A stretch of DNA of 36,057 nt from a virus (taxonomy: Duplodnaviria > Caudoviricetes). The DNA lies in the IMG/VR virus record IMGVR_UViG_3300032212_000687, positions 1 to 36,057 of that record; one strand, 5' to 3'. Below the pieces are notes generated by a model that was not told the DNA's origin, ran no database searches, and saw nothing but the letters and a program-made list of their open reading frames with translations. Position numbers and translations under genes: made by a program. This document shows, piece by piece, positions 16,942 to 26,053 of the stretch (its first letter is position 1; every line of letters begins with the position of its first letter).

Positions 16942-17952
16942 ATGAAGTATCTTTATCTATTATTAAGCTGGAGTTTTGGCATCTTTTTTGTTGCGTTATC
17001 TTTAGCTACAGCAATGAGTTCTATACCTGCTTCTATTGCATATTTACTAATAGCGTTATTCCTTCTTCCTCCATCTCGTAAGTTTGCATATTCAAAAACT
17101 AAAAAAGAAGTTCCTATTAAAGCTAGAGGGATTATAATTACTTCCCTAGCAATAGCTTCTTTATTTCTACTAGGAATGAGTGACGAAATAAGAAAAGAAG
17201 AAATGAGAACACAAGCAGACAAGGAAAGAGCCGAAAAAATAGCTTTTGCCAGGCAAAAGAACATAGATTATTTCAACCAACATTCCTCAAGTATACTAGA
17301 AGAAATTAAAACTGCGATAGCGGATAAGAAGTTCAATAAAGTTTTACAGCTTTCCTCGAAATACTTACCTTCCAATAATAAAGAACTCTCAAGTCTTCAT
17401 AGTAAAGCTACATTAGAATTAAAAATAATCGCTGATGCCAAGAAAGAAGCAGATGCCAAAGCTGAAAGAATTAAGAAGACTAAAGATATTTTAGCAATTC
17501 TGAAAAGGATACCATCTTCACAATATAAAGACAACATGGGACTATACAAAAAGCTTGTCGCTTACAACCCTAACAATAAAAAATATAAAGAAAAACTTGA
17601 GTACTACTCTAAAAAAGTACAAAAACAAGAAATAGAAGAACAAGCAAAGCAGGAAAAAGTCAAAGCTGAGCGAGCAGCTAGAATTGCTAAATTCGGTGAG
17701 GCCCCGATAAGGAGCGCATGGGATGGTTCTTATTCGGCTGTAGAAAGATACTTAGAAAAAGTTGCAAACGATCCTGATAGCATAAAGGTTGATAACTGCA
17801 CAGGCGTATCATACACGAAGAAAGGATGGCTAGTTGGATGTGATTACAGAGGGAGGAATGGATTTGGTGGGATGGTAAAACAATCTAACTGGTTTACTAT
17901 CGCACACAACAGAGTTATTAAAGTTGACGAGGCTTCGGCCTATCGAAATTAA
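16942..17952 (+). CDS. Membrane-anchored accessory (moron) protein, function unknown
   Basis: About three N-terminal TM segments, Lys-rich helical stalk, C-terminal YRGRNGFGG domain; antisense to late operon. Confidence 0.8.
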   Translation: MKYLYLLLSWSFGIFFVALSLATAMSSIPASIAYLLIALFLLPPSRKFAYSKTKKEVPIKARGIIITSLAIASLFLLGMSDEIRKEEMRTQADKERAEKIAFARQKNIDYFNQHSSSILEEIKTAIADKKFNKVLQLSSKYLPSNNKELSSLHSKATLELKIIADAKKEADAKAERIKKTKDILAILKRIPSSQYKDNMGLYKKLVAYNPNNKKYKEKLEYYSKKVQKQEIEEQAKQEKVKAERAARIAKFGEAPIRSAWDGSYSAVERYLEKVANDPDSIKVDNCTGVSYTKKGWLVGCDYRGRNGFGGMVKQSNWFTIAHNRVIKVDEASAYRN

Positions 17953-17963
17953 CCTAGTCATAT

Positions 17964-19643
17964 TTAAATGGTTCTAATCCCTCTGTCCTCATAAACAGAT
18001 GGTGTATCTTTCTTGCTCACCATCTGAATACCCAAGGCCATTGCCAAAGCCACCATTCCATCAACCTTCTCACTCGACTTAGACTTATCAATCTTTATAT
18101 TGTCGGCCGGGTCACGTTTAATCGCTACATTGCTCATCATCCAGGTAAGCACGGGATTGTTCCCATGATTAAGCTTTTTTTGCAACACTAACGTTTCGAT
18201 CTCTTTAGTTGGATTTGACATTGAAGCAAAGCCTTGTCCGAATGGTATCAACTCAGTCACACCTTCCTCATCTAAGCGTGTAACTAAACTTGATGAGTTC
18301 CATCTATCATAGGCCAATTGTTTAACGTCAAACTTCTCACAATCTTTTTTTATTTGATCTTCAATAAAAGCATAATCAATCACGTTTCCTTCAGTTGTCT
18401 GTATCCAACCATCACGGACCCATGTTGAATAAGGAACCTTATCGCGTCTTTCTCGTTCTCTCATGTTATCTTCAGGTATCCAAAACCTGCATAACACATC
18501 GTATTCATTATTTTCTTTTGGAAATACTTGAACCCATGCTGTAATGTCTGTTGTAGAAGATAGATCTAGCCCACCGAAAGAAATTTTCCCACGCAACTTT
18601 TCTTTCTCAATCTTATATTTGAATGACTCTTCCCATTTATTAGTTTTTATCCAGGTATCTGCCTTATCACACCACACGTTTAAATGTTTTGTTTTAAATG
18701 CTATTAATGAAGCCTCTGAATTTTCAGCAGTTGCTATTTTTCCTTCCATATATGAGTATGTAGGACTTGCCCCTAAATTTGGATTTGCTTTTTTCCAAAC
18801 CTCTTCTTTTTTCCAAAAGTCATCGTCTTCCATATCTTCTTCATCAGGCTCAAATAATACGCTGTAAAACCTATCATCTTTGATGATCCCTTTTTGAATG
18901 TTTTTAGCATAAGAATAAATATCAAGATAAAAAAAACCTTGCGTGTTATATCCTGCTGTTGACAAGTGAATCTCTAATGGTTCATTCCTCCCTGCTAATC
19001 CATCGGTCATAATTTGGTATAAGTCTTTTGATACGTGTGCATGGCCTTCATCTACTGTTAAAAAGCTTGGCCTTAGTCCGTCTTTTGTATCGGCTGAACT
19101 TGTCAGAGATTGGAACTCATCTATAAAAGCACCATCTTCTTTTGTCACTTTCGGGGGCTTTACAGTATGCTTTATAGTATTATAAAGATCATCTTCTTGC
19201 TTTAGCATTGTTAAGAATACCTTATGAATAATTTTTGCCTGCTCCACTTCTGTTGCAATACTGTACTGTTCTTTTGCCTTATCCTTGTCTATAAAGAATA
19301 TTATTGCATGGAGTAACCCTGCGAACTCTGATTTCCCGTTCTTCTTGGGTATAAAGAATAGAGCTTTTTGGTATCTTCTTAAATCTTTATGCCTCCCTTT
19401 TGCAAACTTAGTTCCAAATATATCAATAATCGAATATAGTTGCCAATCTTGGAACTGAAAATTCACCCCTGCAAACTCACCGGATGTATGTTTTAACAAA
19501 GACGAAAATTTGACACACTTCAAAGACAACTTTCCATCTAAATAGTATTCAGTTCCTGTCAGGTTCTTTGTTTGTTTATCAATGTAATCCTCTGCTAGTT
19601 TCCAATAATACTCTGGAGGGCTAAACTTTCTCTTATTTGTCAT
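17964..19643 (-). CDS. terL: Terminase large subunit
   Basis: Walker A IPKKNGKS, Walker B LTVDEGH, nuclease motifs GLDLSSTTD and KVDGMVAL. Confidence 0.97.
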   Translation of the reverse strand: MTNKRKFSPPEYYWKLAEDYIDKQTKNLTGTEYYLDGKLSLKCVKFSSLLKHTSGEFAGVNFQFQDWQLYSIIDIFGTKFAKGRHKDLRRYQKALFFIPKKNGKSEFAGLLHAIIFFIDKDKAKEQYSIATEVEQAKIIHKVFLTMLKQEDDLYNTIKHTVKPPKVTKEDGAFIDEFQSLTSSADTKDGLRPSFLTVDEGHAHVSKDLYQIMTDGLAGRNEPLEIHLSTAGYNTQGFFYLDIYSYAKNIQKGIIKDDRFYSVLFEPDEEDMEDDDFWKKEEVWKKANPNLGASPTYSYMEGKIATAENSEASLIAFKTKHLNVWCDKADTWIKTNKWEESFKYKIEKEKLRGKISFGGLDLSSTTDITAWVQVFPKENNEYDVLCRFWIPEDNMRERERRDKVPYSTWVRDGWIQTTEGNVIDYAFIEDQIKKDCEKFDVKQLAYDRWNSSSLVTRLDEEGVTELIPFGQGFASMSNPTKEIETLVLQKKLNHGNNPVLTWMMSNVAIKRDPADNIKIDKSKSSEKVDGMVALAMALGIQMVSKKDTPSVYEDRGIRTI

Positions 19644-20226
19644 TCAAAATATCCATTATTGATGTTTTATCTTTAGTTGGCTTAGCATCAAGCTTTGTTC
19701 TGCTCAAAGGGTTCAGTCCTAACCTATCCATATACATGAGCATTTGCTTCTCATGATGTTGCATTACTTTAAAATGCGGGTGGAGTGTTGACGTTCCGCT
19801 ATCATTTACGGATATACAATCGACTGAAGATGAAGCGTATAAGTATCGTTGATACATTTGTGCATTGAGAGCATACAATACTAATATCTGTCTGTCACAC
19901 TCTTCGAAAAATCCAAGATTATTTAAGTCTTTTGTGGCCTCAGCAAGATATTGATATCCTACTGCATCAAGATTTCTTGAATCAGATATATTTGTAATTT
20001 CTTCATGCACCTCTTTTGGCAATTCAATTGACTTTTTTTCTTTGGGCTCCAAACCTCTTCGCATTCTACCGTCCTCAACAGAAGGGACAAGTGCAGCAAC
20101 TTCATGTTCATCATAGTAAGCCCTGCGTCCTTTCTTTGTTTTTGTTAGCTTTCCATCTTGGGCATATCTTGATAGTGCCATCTTAGAGCAACCTAGTATT
20201 TCTAGTGTCTCTTTATGGGTATGCAT
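19633..20226 (-). CDS. terS: Terminase small subunit (P27-like) with N-terminal HTH
   Basis: HPHF..M and LGLNPLSR C-terminal motifs; N-terminal ETLEILGCSKMALSRY HTH. Confidence 0.88.
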   Translation of the reverse strand: MHTHKETLEILGCSKMALSRYAQDGKLTKTKKGRRAYYDEHEVAALVPSVEDGRMRRGLEPKEKKSIELPKEVHEEITNISDSRNLDAVGYQYLAEATKDLNNLGFFEECDRQILVLYALNAQMYQRYLYASSSVDCISVNDSGTSTLHPHFKVMQHHEKQMLMYMDRLGLNPLSRTKLDAKPTKDKTSIMDILNDK

Positions 20227-20285
20227 ACTTGTTACCTTTCTTGTTACCTATTTAAAATTTTGAAAACTCAAGCCGAGGGAAACGT

Positions 20286-20301
20286 GACTACCATAGCGGT
20301 C
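20286..20301. other. Candidate cosN
   Basis: Between HNH and terS; minus strand GAC-CGCTATGGTA-GTC downstream of GGGGGCGGTTAAATCTCT. Confidence 0.5.
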
Positions 20302-20340
20302 TTACCATCGTCAGTTTGTAGAGATTTAACCGCCCCCTTC

Positions 20341-20688
20341 CTATACACACTTAGACCTATGCTTAACTTCTTCTGCTGTCTTCTTACTGTGGCACAGCTT
20401 ACATAATGGCTGAAGGTTGTCTATGTCTAATTTGCTTCCACCATCTTTTATTTCAACTATATGATCTACTTCTTTAGCTTCACTATCTTTACATATACGA
20501 CATAATGGCTCATTAGCAATAACTTTGTTTCTCACTATCTTCCATTGCTTGCTATTATAGAACTGCTTTGATGCCTGACTTCTGTTTGTATTGTCATAGG
20601 ACCTATCACGTTTTGATTTGCACTCACTACAAACCTTACCTTCATACACACCATGCTTATTGCATAGTCTCTTGCGTATGCTAGGCAT
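20341..20688 (-). CDS. Packaging-associated HNH endonuclease (HK97 gp74-like)
   Basis: FYNSKQW, PLCRIC, VDHI and NLQPLCKLCHSKKT motifs; upstream of terS. Confidence 0.93.
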   Translation of the reverse strand: MPSIRKRLCNKHGVYEGKVCSECKSKRDRSYDNTNRSQASKQFYNSKQWKIVRNKVIANEPLCRICKDSEAKEVDHIVEIKDGGSKLDIDNLQPLCKLCHSKKTAEEVKHRSKCV

Positions 20689-20966
20689 TACTTCCAGAAC
20701 CCTATTGTGCAGCTTCGTGTTAGTTTATATAAATGCTCATACTCAGCATTGTCTTGGTCTTCAACCTTGTATGCTATATATCCATCCTCAATACGCTCTA
20801 CTACTTCATCAGGCAGTTTTACAAAGACAAACCCGTTAACGCTTCTCAAACTTGCATTGATATTCACCTTCTTTGTATACGCATCTTTGAAGTATTGATT
20901 ATGTAGGCCAAATATCCCTGCCAAGTACACGCCTAAATACTCATTAGTAATAAGTCCGCCACTCAT
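20688..20966 (-). CDS. Hypothetical phage protein
   Basis: Coupled ORF in operon. Confidence 0.65.
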   Translation of the reverse strand: MSGGLITNEYLGVYLAGIFGLHNQYFKDAYTKKVNINASLRSVNGFVFVKLPDEVVERIEDGYIAYKVEDQDNAEYEHLYKLTRSCTIGFWK

Positions 20967-20968
20967 TA

Positions 20969-21130
20969 CTATCCCTTAAACCCATCGCTTGTTACAATGC
21001 CACTTGACGCAACGAACACCCGATTAAGTTTATTGCCACACTCTTTACACGATTGTTCATCTCTATTGTCAACAGAGGATTGCCTTGTCTCTTTAGTGTT
21101 ACACTCTTTGCATTCATAGCTATATGTCAT
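20969..21130 (-). CDS. FmdB-like zinc-ribbon protein (53 aa)
   Basis: MTYSYECKEC...CKECGNKLNRVF; read manually. Confidence 0.7.
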   Translation of the reverse strand: MTYSYECKECNTKETRQSSVDNRDEQSCKECGNKLNRVFVASSGIVTSDGFKG

Positions 21131-21148
21131 AAGTTCCGCCTTCATTGA

Positions 21149-21310
21149 TTAAGATTGTTTTTTGTATAAACCCAGCAAAGAATAAGCGAGCTCAAAATTA
21201 ATCGCTCTGTCTATCTCCACGCCTCGTATATCGTAAATAATATAAACCTCTTGGTGCATTGAGTCATCAAGCTCTATTCTCCACTCACCTGATGTATGAA
21301 CAACTTTCAC
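21149..21310 (-). CDS. Hypothetical protein
   Basis: Likely starts at GTG 21310 (or ATG 21319), overlapping the upstream stop. Confidence 0.5.
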   Translation of the reverse strand: MKVVHTSGEWRIELDDSMHQEVYIIYDIRGVEIDRAINFELAYSLLGLYKKQS

Positions 21311-21405
21311 CCTATCCATCCTTTTATTGAAATAATAAACAAATAGATTATCGTTACAGATACAATTGCCGACAATGAATAAACGCATATGATTTCTTTT
21401 TCCAT
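21307..21405 (-). CDS. 32-aa single-TM peptide
   Basis: MEKEIICVYSLSAIVSVTIIYLFIISIKGWIG; AGGGG RBS; read manually. Confidence 0.5.
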   Translation of the reverse strand: MEKEIICVYSLSAIVSVTIIYLFIISIKGWIG

Positions 21406-21504
21406 CTCAATCCCCTATATAAGTAATTAAAGTTAAAGTCAGGGCCACAAAGCACCCGGCTAAATAAACAACTATCCCTATTGCGCAACACCCTCTTAAC
21501 TAAT

Positions 21505-21837
21505 TCATTTAACAATCCCTGCCTGCTGTAATAATCTGTTCCACTCTTCAGAGATGTGCTTCATCTCATGACCACTAAACCCTGCAACCCTTTCTATGAA
21601 CTGAACGTGTCTTGTCATCTGCTTACTGTCAAGCTTTGTATAGCTCATAGGAATGTTTTTATCATCTCTTGGATAACTGAGGTCTAAATGCTTAAAAAGC
21701 TCCCTCATTGATTCACTGGCTATCTGTCTCGGTCTAAACTTGAAGTTAAAATCTTTGAAGATCAATACATCTGCATTTCTTATGTCTTTTAAGATTACAC
21801 CAAACATGAACCGGTTGAAGTGACCTGATATCTTCAT
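21505..21837 (-). CDS. Possible NinB-like protein
   Basis: SYTKLDSKQMTRHVQFIE resembles the NinB C-terminus; nin-region position. Confidence 0.4.
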   Translation of the reverse strand: MKISGHFNRFMFGVILKDIRNADVLIFKDFNFKFRPRQIASESMRELFKHLDLSYPRDDKNIPMSYTKLDSKQMTRHVQFIERVAGFSGHEMKHISEEWNRLLQQAGIVK

Positions 21838-22181
21838 GAAGCTGCTTTTCCTGCTTCGTATGCTTCTTTCAACATTTCTTTCATGCGCTCACGGTTTACA
21901 TTAAGAGTAACTTTGGTATTGGAGTTTTCATCGGGTTTGCAAAAAACTTGGTTCATCTTAGCTGTATAATATCTTCCGGCCTCACTGCTTCCACCAACTA
22001 CTTTGGTGCTCATAGGTTTTGGCTTGTTTGACACATAAACAGATTCCCACTTTCCATCTACCATCTTCATTGAGTCACTTTCTATCCTGTGGCACTCACC
22101 TAATGTCATATTGTGGGCCGGCACTTCTTCCCTCACGCTGACCCTTCCTCTAAAAGCTTGATCTGGTGATCTAAATACCAC
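21834..22181 (-). CDS. Hypothetical protein, start uncertain
   Basis: Coupled ORF in nin region. Confidence 0.55.
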   Translation of the reverse strand: MVFRSPDQAFRGRVSVREEVPAHNMTLGECHRIESDSMKMVDGKWESVYVSNKPKPMSTKVVGGSSEAGRYYTAKMNQVFCKPDENSNTKVTLNVNRERMKEMLKEAYEAGKAAS

Positions 22182-22345
22182 TTGGCTTTTTTAAGGTCCT
22201 CTAATCCGTTTTTCCTTTTGTATCTGCTCACATACTTAATTACGTTTGCTATGCACCACGAAAACTCTCCTTCGTTTGCTGTTATGTACTCAAGTGGGAT
22301 TATTACTAAGTCTGTGTAATGTTTTGGTTCTATTGGATTGTTCAT
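22133..22345 (-). CDS. DUF3310 (SaV-like) protein
   Basis: PKHY, NVIKYVSR..KNGLEDLKKAKWYL motifs. Confidence 0.9.
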   Translation of the reverse strand: MNNPIEPKHYTDLVIIPLEYITANEGEFSWCIANVIKYVSRYKRKNGLEDLKKAKWYLDHQIKLLEEGSA

Positions 22346-22947
22346 ATTTGTATTCCTCTCATTTCATCTGTTTTGCATGTATTGGCTTTGCTTTTTTTAT
22401 CGATATGTGTTTTCTTTACACCATATACAGAATCATATGCAGACATTCCACTTAAATATCTTCTTCTTATCGTTACGTGTGATGCTTTTACTCCATCTTG
22501 CCTAGACCATGCAGTAGGTGTTAATTTCCTACCATCAATCTCAATAAAAACTTTCCCTTGAGTTGTTGGAGTATGCGCACGATATACATTGCAAGTTCTA
22601 CAAGTAGGTCTTAGATTTTTTAAATCGTTGTTTCTTTTGTCGTTGTCTATGTGGTCGATATGCAAGGTTTTCCAGTTAATTTCAATTCCACACATTGAAC
22701 ATTATTTAACTTCTTTATTGTGATTAAAATAAACAAATCTGTGTTCATATACATATCCAATACTGTCTGCTAGTTCATGAGAAGGCTCAAATATTTTTTG
22801 ATACCCTGCTGGGTTTTCTATTCTATATTTTCTTGATGGTACTAATTCATAAGTGCCTGTTCTCATGTGGCGAAAATAGTGCTTTTGACACACTTGGTCT
22901 TTTTTATAAACAGACTCTTTTACACACCCTTTTATTTTGCATTTCAT
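22342..22947 (-). pseudogene. HNH homing-endonuclease-like gene split by one in-frame TAA
   Basis: ORFs 22702..22947 and 22342..22695 are in the same frame: YEHR..KEVK*CSMCG..HIDHIDNDKRNN. Confidence 0.8.
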
Positions 22948-23495
22948 ATTGCAACCCTGTTGAGTTTTTTTGTTTTTTCTTTACTTATAGTGATGATCTC
23001 AATCAATTCTTCAACGGACCATCTCTTTATGGGGCTTGTTGTCTCAAGTTCTTCCACTACTTCTTCGCCAACTTTTATAAGTAATGATTTTCTATATTCG
23101 GCTAAGTTTCCGCTTAAATGTGTATTGCATATTTGGCAGCTCTTCCAAACATTTCTTTCATCAAATCTAAATCTTGAATTAGTAGCAGGACGAAAATGAG
23201 AAGCGTGCCATTGTCTGCCTGTTCCGTTATACCCGCATGAGATACAAGGAAGGTGGGCATCACGAAGGCGAATGTATTTATTGAACTCCGTTTGTGCTTT
23301 ACGCTTCAATACTGATACATCACTCATGTTAAATTTGCTTAATGCTTTCCGGTTGGCCTTCTGCTTTAGCTGCTTTGCTTTGCTCAGTGTCTTGTTTGCG
23401 TATTCGTTCATGCAATTAAACTCAGTGCAGGTCGGTTGGAGTTCTCTTGTCGGGGTGAATTTTGTCTTGCAGATCTTGCAGGATTTTTGCTTCAT
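22944..23495 (-). CDS. ninG: NinG/Rap recombination endonuclease
   Basis: CKIC..FTP, FNKYIRLRD..PCISCG and RFDERN..CQICNTHLSGN motifs. Confidence 0.92.
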   Translation of the reverse strand: MKQKSCKICKTKFTPTRELQPTCTEFNCMNEYANKTLSKAKQLKQKANRKALSKFNMSDVSVLKRKAQTEFNKYIRLRDAHLPCISCGYNGTGRQWHASHFRPATNSRFRFDERNVWKSCQICNTHLSGNLAEYRKSLLIKVGEEVVEELETTSPIKRWSVEELIEIITISKEKTKKLNRVAI

Positions 23496-24379
23496 GCCAC
23501 CCTCCCCAAAGCTTTTCTGACTCCGGCCATTACTTCTCGGTGTTGTGTATGATTGTTTTCAGAAACATCATAAGAGGATTCTTTAACCTCAAAGTTTCCA
23601 GCAAGATCAAATGATGAAGAATAAATGTTTTTAGTTCCGTACTCAACAAACACCTCTTTGAACTTAGGGTGATCCGTTAGGACTTTCTTCGTGTCCTCCG
23701 GGTTATAGTTTTTGTTGTAGCCCTTTGCATTGTTTACCCAAGTGTTGTAAGCTCTTGACCAGTCTTTAAACTTTGAGCCTTTGGCAATGTGGTGATCTAA
23801 GAATGAAGCAAATGCATAAGCACCGTCTCTTACAACTGCATAGCCTTTCAGTTTTGCTTTGTACTCTTCAGATAAGTTGTCAAATTGACAGTTTTTAGAA
23901 AGAGAGAAAGAAAAATCTTTTTTATTATTTTTATTATCTGTAGAAGTCTCTGAAGAAGTCTCTGTCAAAGATTTATCTTTATATGATGGTGCAACATCTG
24001 CACTATCGATAACCATACTTTTTGCACCTTCTGATAGTGCAACTTCTGCACTCTCGATGATACGATTTAGTTCATCGTAGTTTAGGGAGTACCAGTTGGT
24101 CTTATCCCACTTATTTATATTGAAATTTTCTATAAAAACAAGACCTGAATCTTTCAGTTTCTTAGTGATTGTCTTAATAGTTCTTACTGACCAAAAAGGG
24201 AATTGTTCATGTAGTTCTTCATAACTGTTATAAGACCACTTGCGACCGTTTTTAACATTAGTTGATTTGCTTAGCCAATAGTGTAATTGCTGTACAAATA
24301 TAGACTCGTTAAGACCTATTAAAACAGCTAATTCCGACTGAACTACAAGAGGGTGTGAATCAAGTAATAATTTACTCAT
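23492..24379 (-). CDS. Phage replication initiator
   Basis: LAVLIGLNESIFVQQLHYWL..WSYNSYEE..QFPFWS winged-helix N-domain; internal repeats. Confidence 0.85.
   Translation of the reverse strand: MSKLLLDSHPLVVQSELAVLIGLNESIFVQQLHYWLSKSTNVKNGRKWSYNSYEELHEQFPFWSVRTIKTITKKLKDSGLVFIENFNINKWDKTNWYSLNYDELNRIIESAEVALSEGAKSMVIDSADVAPSYKDKSLTETSSETSTDNKNNKKDFSFSLSKNCQFDNLSEEYKAKLKGYAVVRDGAYAFASFLDHHIAKGSKFKDWSRAYNTWVNNAKGYNKNYNPEDTKKVLTDHPKFKEVFVEYGTKNIYSSSFDLAGNFEVKESSYDVSENNHTQHREVMAGVRKALGRVA
23984..24058. repeat. Iterons of a putative replication origin
   Basis: TGATGGTGCAACATCTGCACTATCGAT and TGATAGTGCAACTTCTGCACTCTCGAT (24/27 identical); adjacent AT-rich tract. Confidence 0.7.
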
Positions 24380-24795
24380 TACGCTGCCTCTGCATAAGTG
24401 TATTCTTGGTGGTTTACCTGGATAGGTTCAAACACTCCATAAGACACATAATCACTTAACACGAAGCTTTCTTTTAATATACTATCAATGAAGCGTAAAA
24501 AGTACTTATGGCCTGTTACATGGTTAAAATGAGTTTGAGCATCTATGCAGTTTTCATATCTTTCAGAAAAAAAAGCTTTTGTTTTGTAAGGGAACTTGAT
24601 ATGTTCTTTCTTGTAAGTCATACCCATAAGCATAGGACTGACATCAAATACAGACATCCGTATAAAAAAGTCATGTATCTGCAGTATCCCTGCTAGTTGC
24701 ATGTCGTTTAGGTTGTATTTTGATTGTGCCATTAACGCTACTTTCTGCATATCATCAGAAGGCTGTCTTCCGTAAAATCTAAATGCCGTGTTCAT
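24379..24795 (-). CDS. Hypothetical protein
   Basis: Coupled ORF in early operon. Confidence 0.7.
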   Translation of the reverse strand: MNTAFRFYGRQPSDDMQKVALMAQSKYNLNDMQLAGILQIHDFFIRMSVFDVSPMLMGMTYKKEHIKFPYKTKAFFSERYENCIDAQTHFNHVTGHKYFLRFIDSILKESFVLSDYVSYGVFEPIQVNHQEYTYAEAA

Positions 24796-25091
24796 TACGC
24801 AGCCGCCTTACGGCTCAAAAGCTCTCTTGTACGAAAGAACTCTGCAAACGCCGGTATCTCAGCTACAAGCATACGAACATAGCGTGAAGTGTAGTTGTTG
24901 TTGATCTTGAATTTATCACCTTTTGATTCAACATCAATGTGCCACCTGATACGTTCCATAATAGTCTTAGCACCGTAGTGTTTATGCCCGGATTCTTTCA
25001 ATTGGATGGAGTATCTTTTAAAGAGGTCATATACGTTTGGATTTTGAGTGTGGTACTCGTTAAACTTTTGATCTAGGTTTTTAGATTCCAT
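24795..25091 (-). CDS. Conserved phage hypothetical protein
   Basis: FNEYH..NP..Y, IMERIRWH and FKINNNY..RY motifs recalled from other phage proteins. Confidence 0.75.
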   Translation of the reverse strand: MESKNLDQKFNEYHTQNPNVYDLFKRYSIQLKESGHKHYGAKTIMERIRWHIDVESKGDKFKINNNYTSRYVRMLVAEIPAFAEFFRTRELLSRKAAA

Positions 25092-25092
25092 A

Positions 25093-25365
25093 TTAAGCCA
25101 CCATCCCTACTGAAATACGTTCTATTTCATCATCCCAAACACCACCAAGCTTTTCAAGCCTTCTGATTTTTCTGTTCATTATCTTTCTGAATTCAGCTAG
25201 TCTTGCTTTCATTGATCTAATTTCTTGGAAGAATAGACTAGGAGATTCTTTTGATAGTTTGTTGTCAAGATTCTTGTGTTCTTTTGCTAGACCTCTTAAT
25301 TCATTGGTTAGAGTCTTTATTTCATATTCATCTGTAGTTTCTATCTGTTCGTTAGTCTTTTTCAT
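25093..25365 (-). CDS. Hypothetical coiled-coil protein
   Basis: ORF with AAGG RBS in early operon. Confidence 0.65.
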   Translation of the reverse strand: MKKTNEQIETTDEYEIKTLTNELRGLAKEHKNLDNKLSKESPSLFFQEIRSMKARLAEFRKIMNRKIRRLEKLGGVWDDEIERISVGMVA

Positions 25366-25573
25366 GGTTTCCGCCTTGGTAGGTTAAACATATAAAAGTG
25401 AGGCGAGGAACCTACCACGATTAACCCTCGCTTTTATATACTTGTTAAGGCTCTGTCGTTATAATTGCAGAGCGTACATAAACGTGTTGAATCGGTTTGA
25501 CTTTGGCGAGACTGCCGATTCTTCCTGATGAGTCATAGACTCGCCTAGGCCCCTCTAAAGAGACTTAGCGAAT

Positions 25574-26053
25574 TTACTGCACTGCTTCTTCTAAATCATT
25601 AACTGTTTTGTGAAGATCGAGCAATACTTTTCTGATAGATTTTTTTTCTTTATCATCAATATCATTATTTACTGCAGATTCAAGAACTTCTTTTGTAAGT
25701 TCCCCCAGCACTACACCTATTCTCATTGTCATTGACTGTACTGCACATGCGTCTTCTTGGATGCCATTGTCTTCAATCTCTGCAGCAAAGGACATTGCCC
25801 TAAGAATTCGACTGTCACCAGTAATCTTTGTAATGTCGGTAGCCAGATCAACGCTTAGGGGCCTTTGTGTTTGCATTGGGTCTAGTTTTTTATAAAGCAA
25901 AGACGGGGTTATTTCCAATTGTTCCGCGACATAATCAATCTTTTTATTTTCTTTGTCTAGGAAATCTCTTATTACTTTGTGCGCTGCCTCATAAATAACC
26001 CTGTGAGGTGCAAAATCTTTCTCATCGTATAGACCGTCTAAAAGGTTTGCCAT
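25574..26053 (-). CDS. CII-like regulatory protein (CP76/186 CII type)
   Basis: AEQLEITPSLLYKKLDP, ITGDSRIL and IDDKEK motifs; follows cro. Confidence 0.75.
   Translation of the reverse strand: MANLLDGLYDEKDFAPHRVIYEAAHKVIRDFLDKENKKIDYVAEQLEITPSLLYKKLDPMQTQRPLSVDLATDITKITGDSRILRAMSFAAEIEDNGIQEDACAVQSMTMRIGVVLGELTKEVLESAVNNDIDDKEKKSIRKVLLDLHKTVNDLEEAVQ

Noticed and set aside
22702-22704. Stop-codon reassignment
   Set aside because: Only one such interruption; TAA terminates many normal genes here
25525-25545. CTGATGAG followed by a short stem, resembling a hammerhead ribozyme core
   Set aside because: The required GAAA after stem II is absent (TCGC follows)
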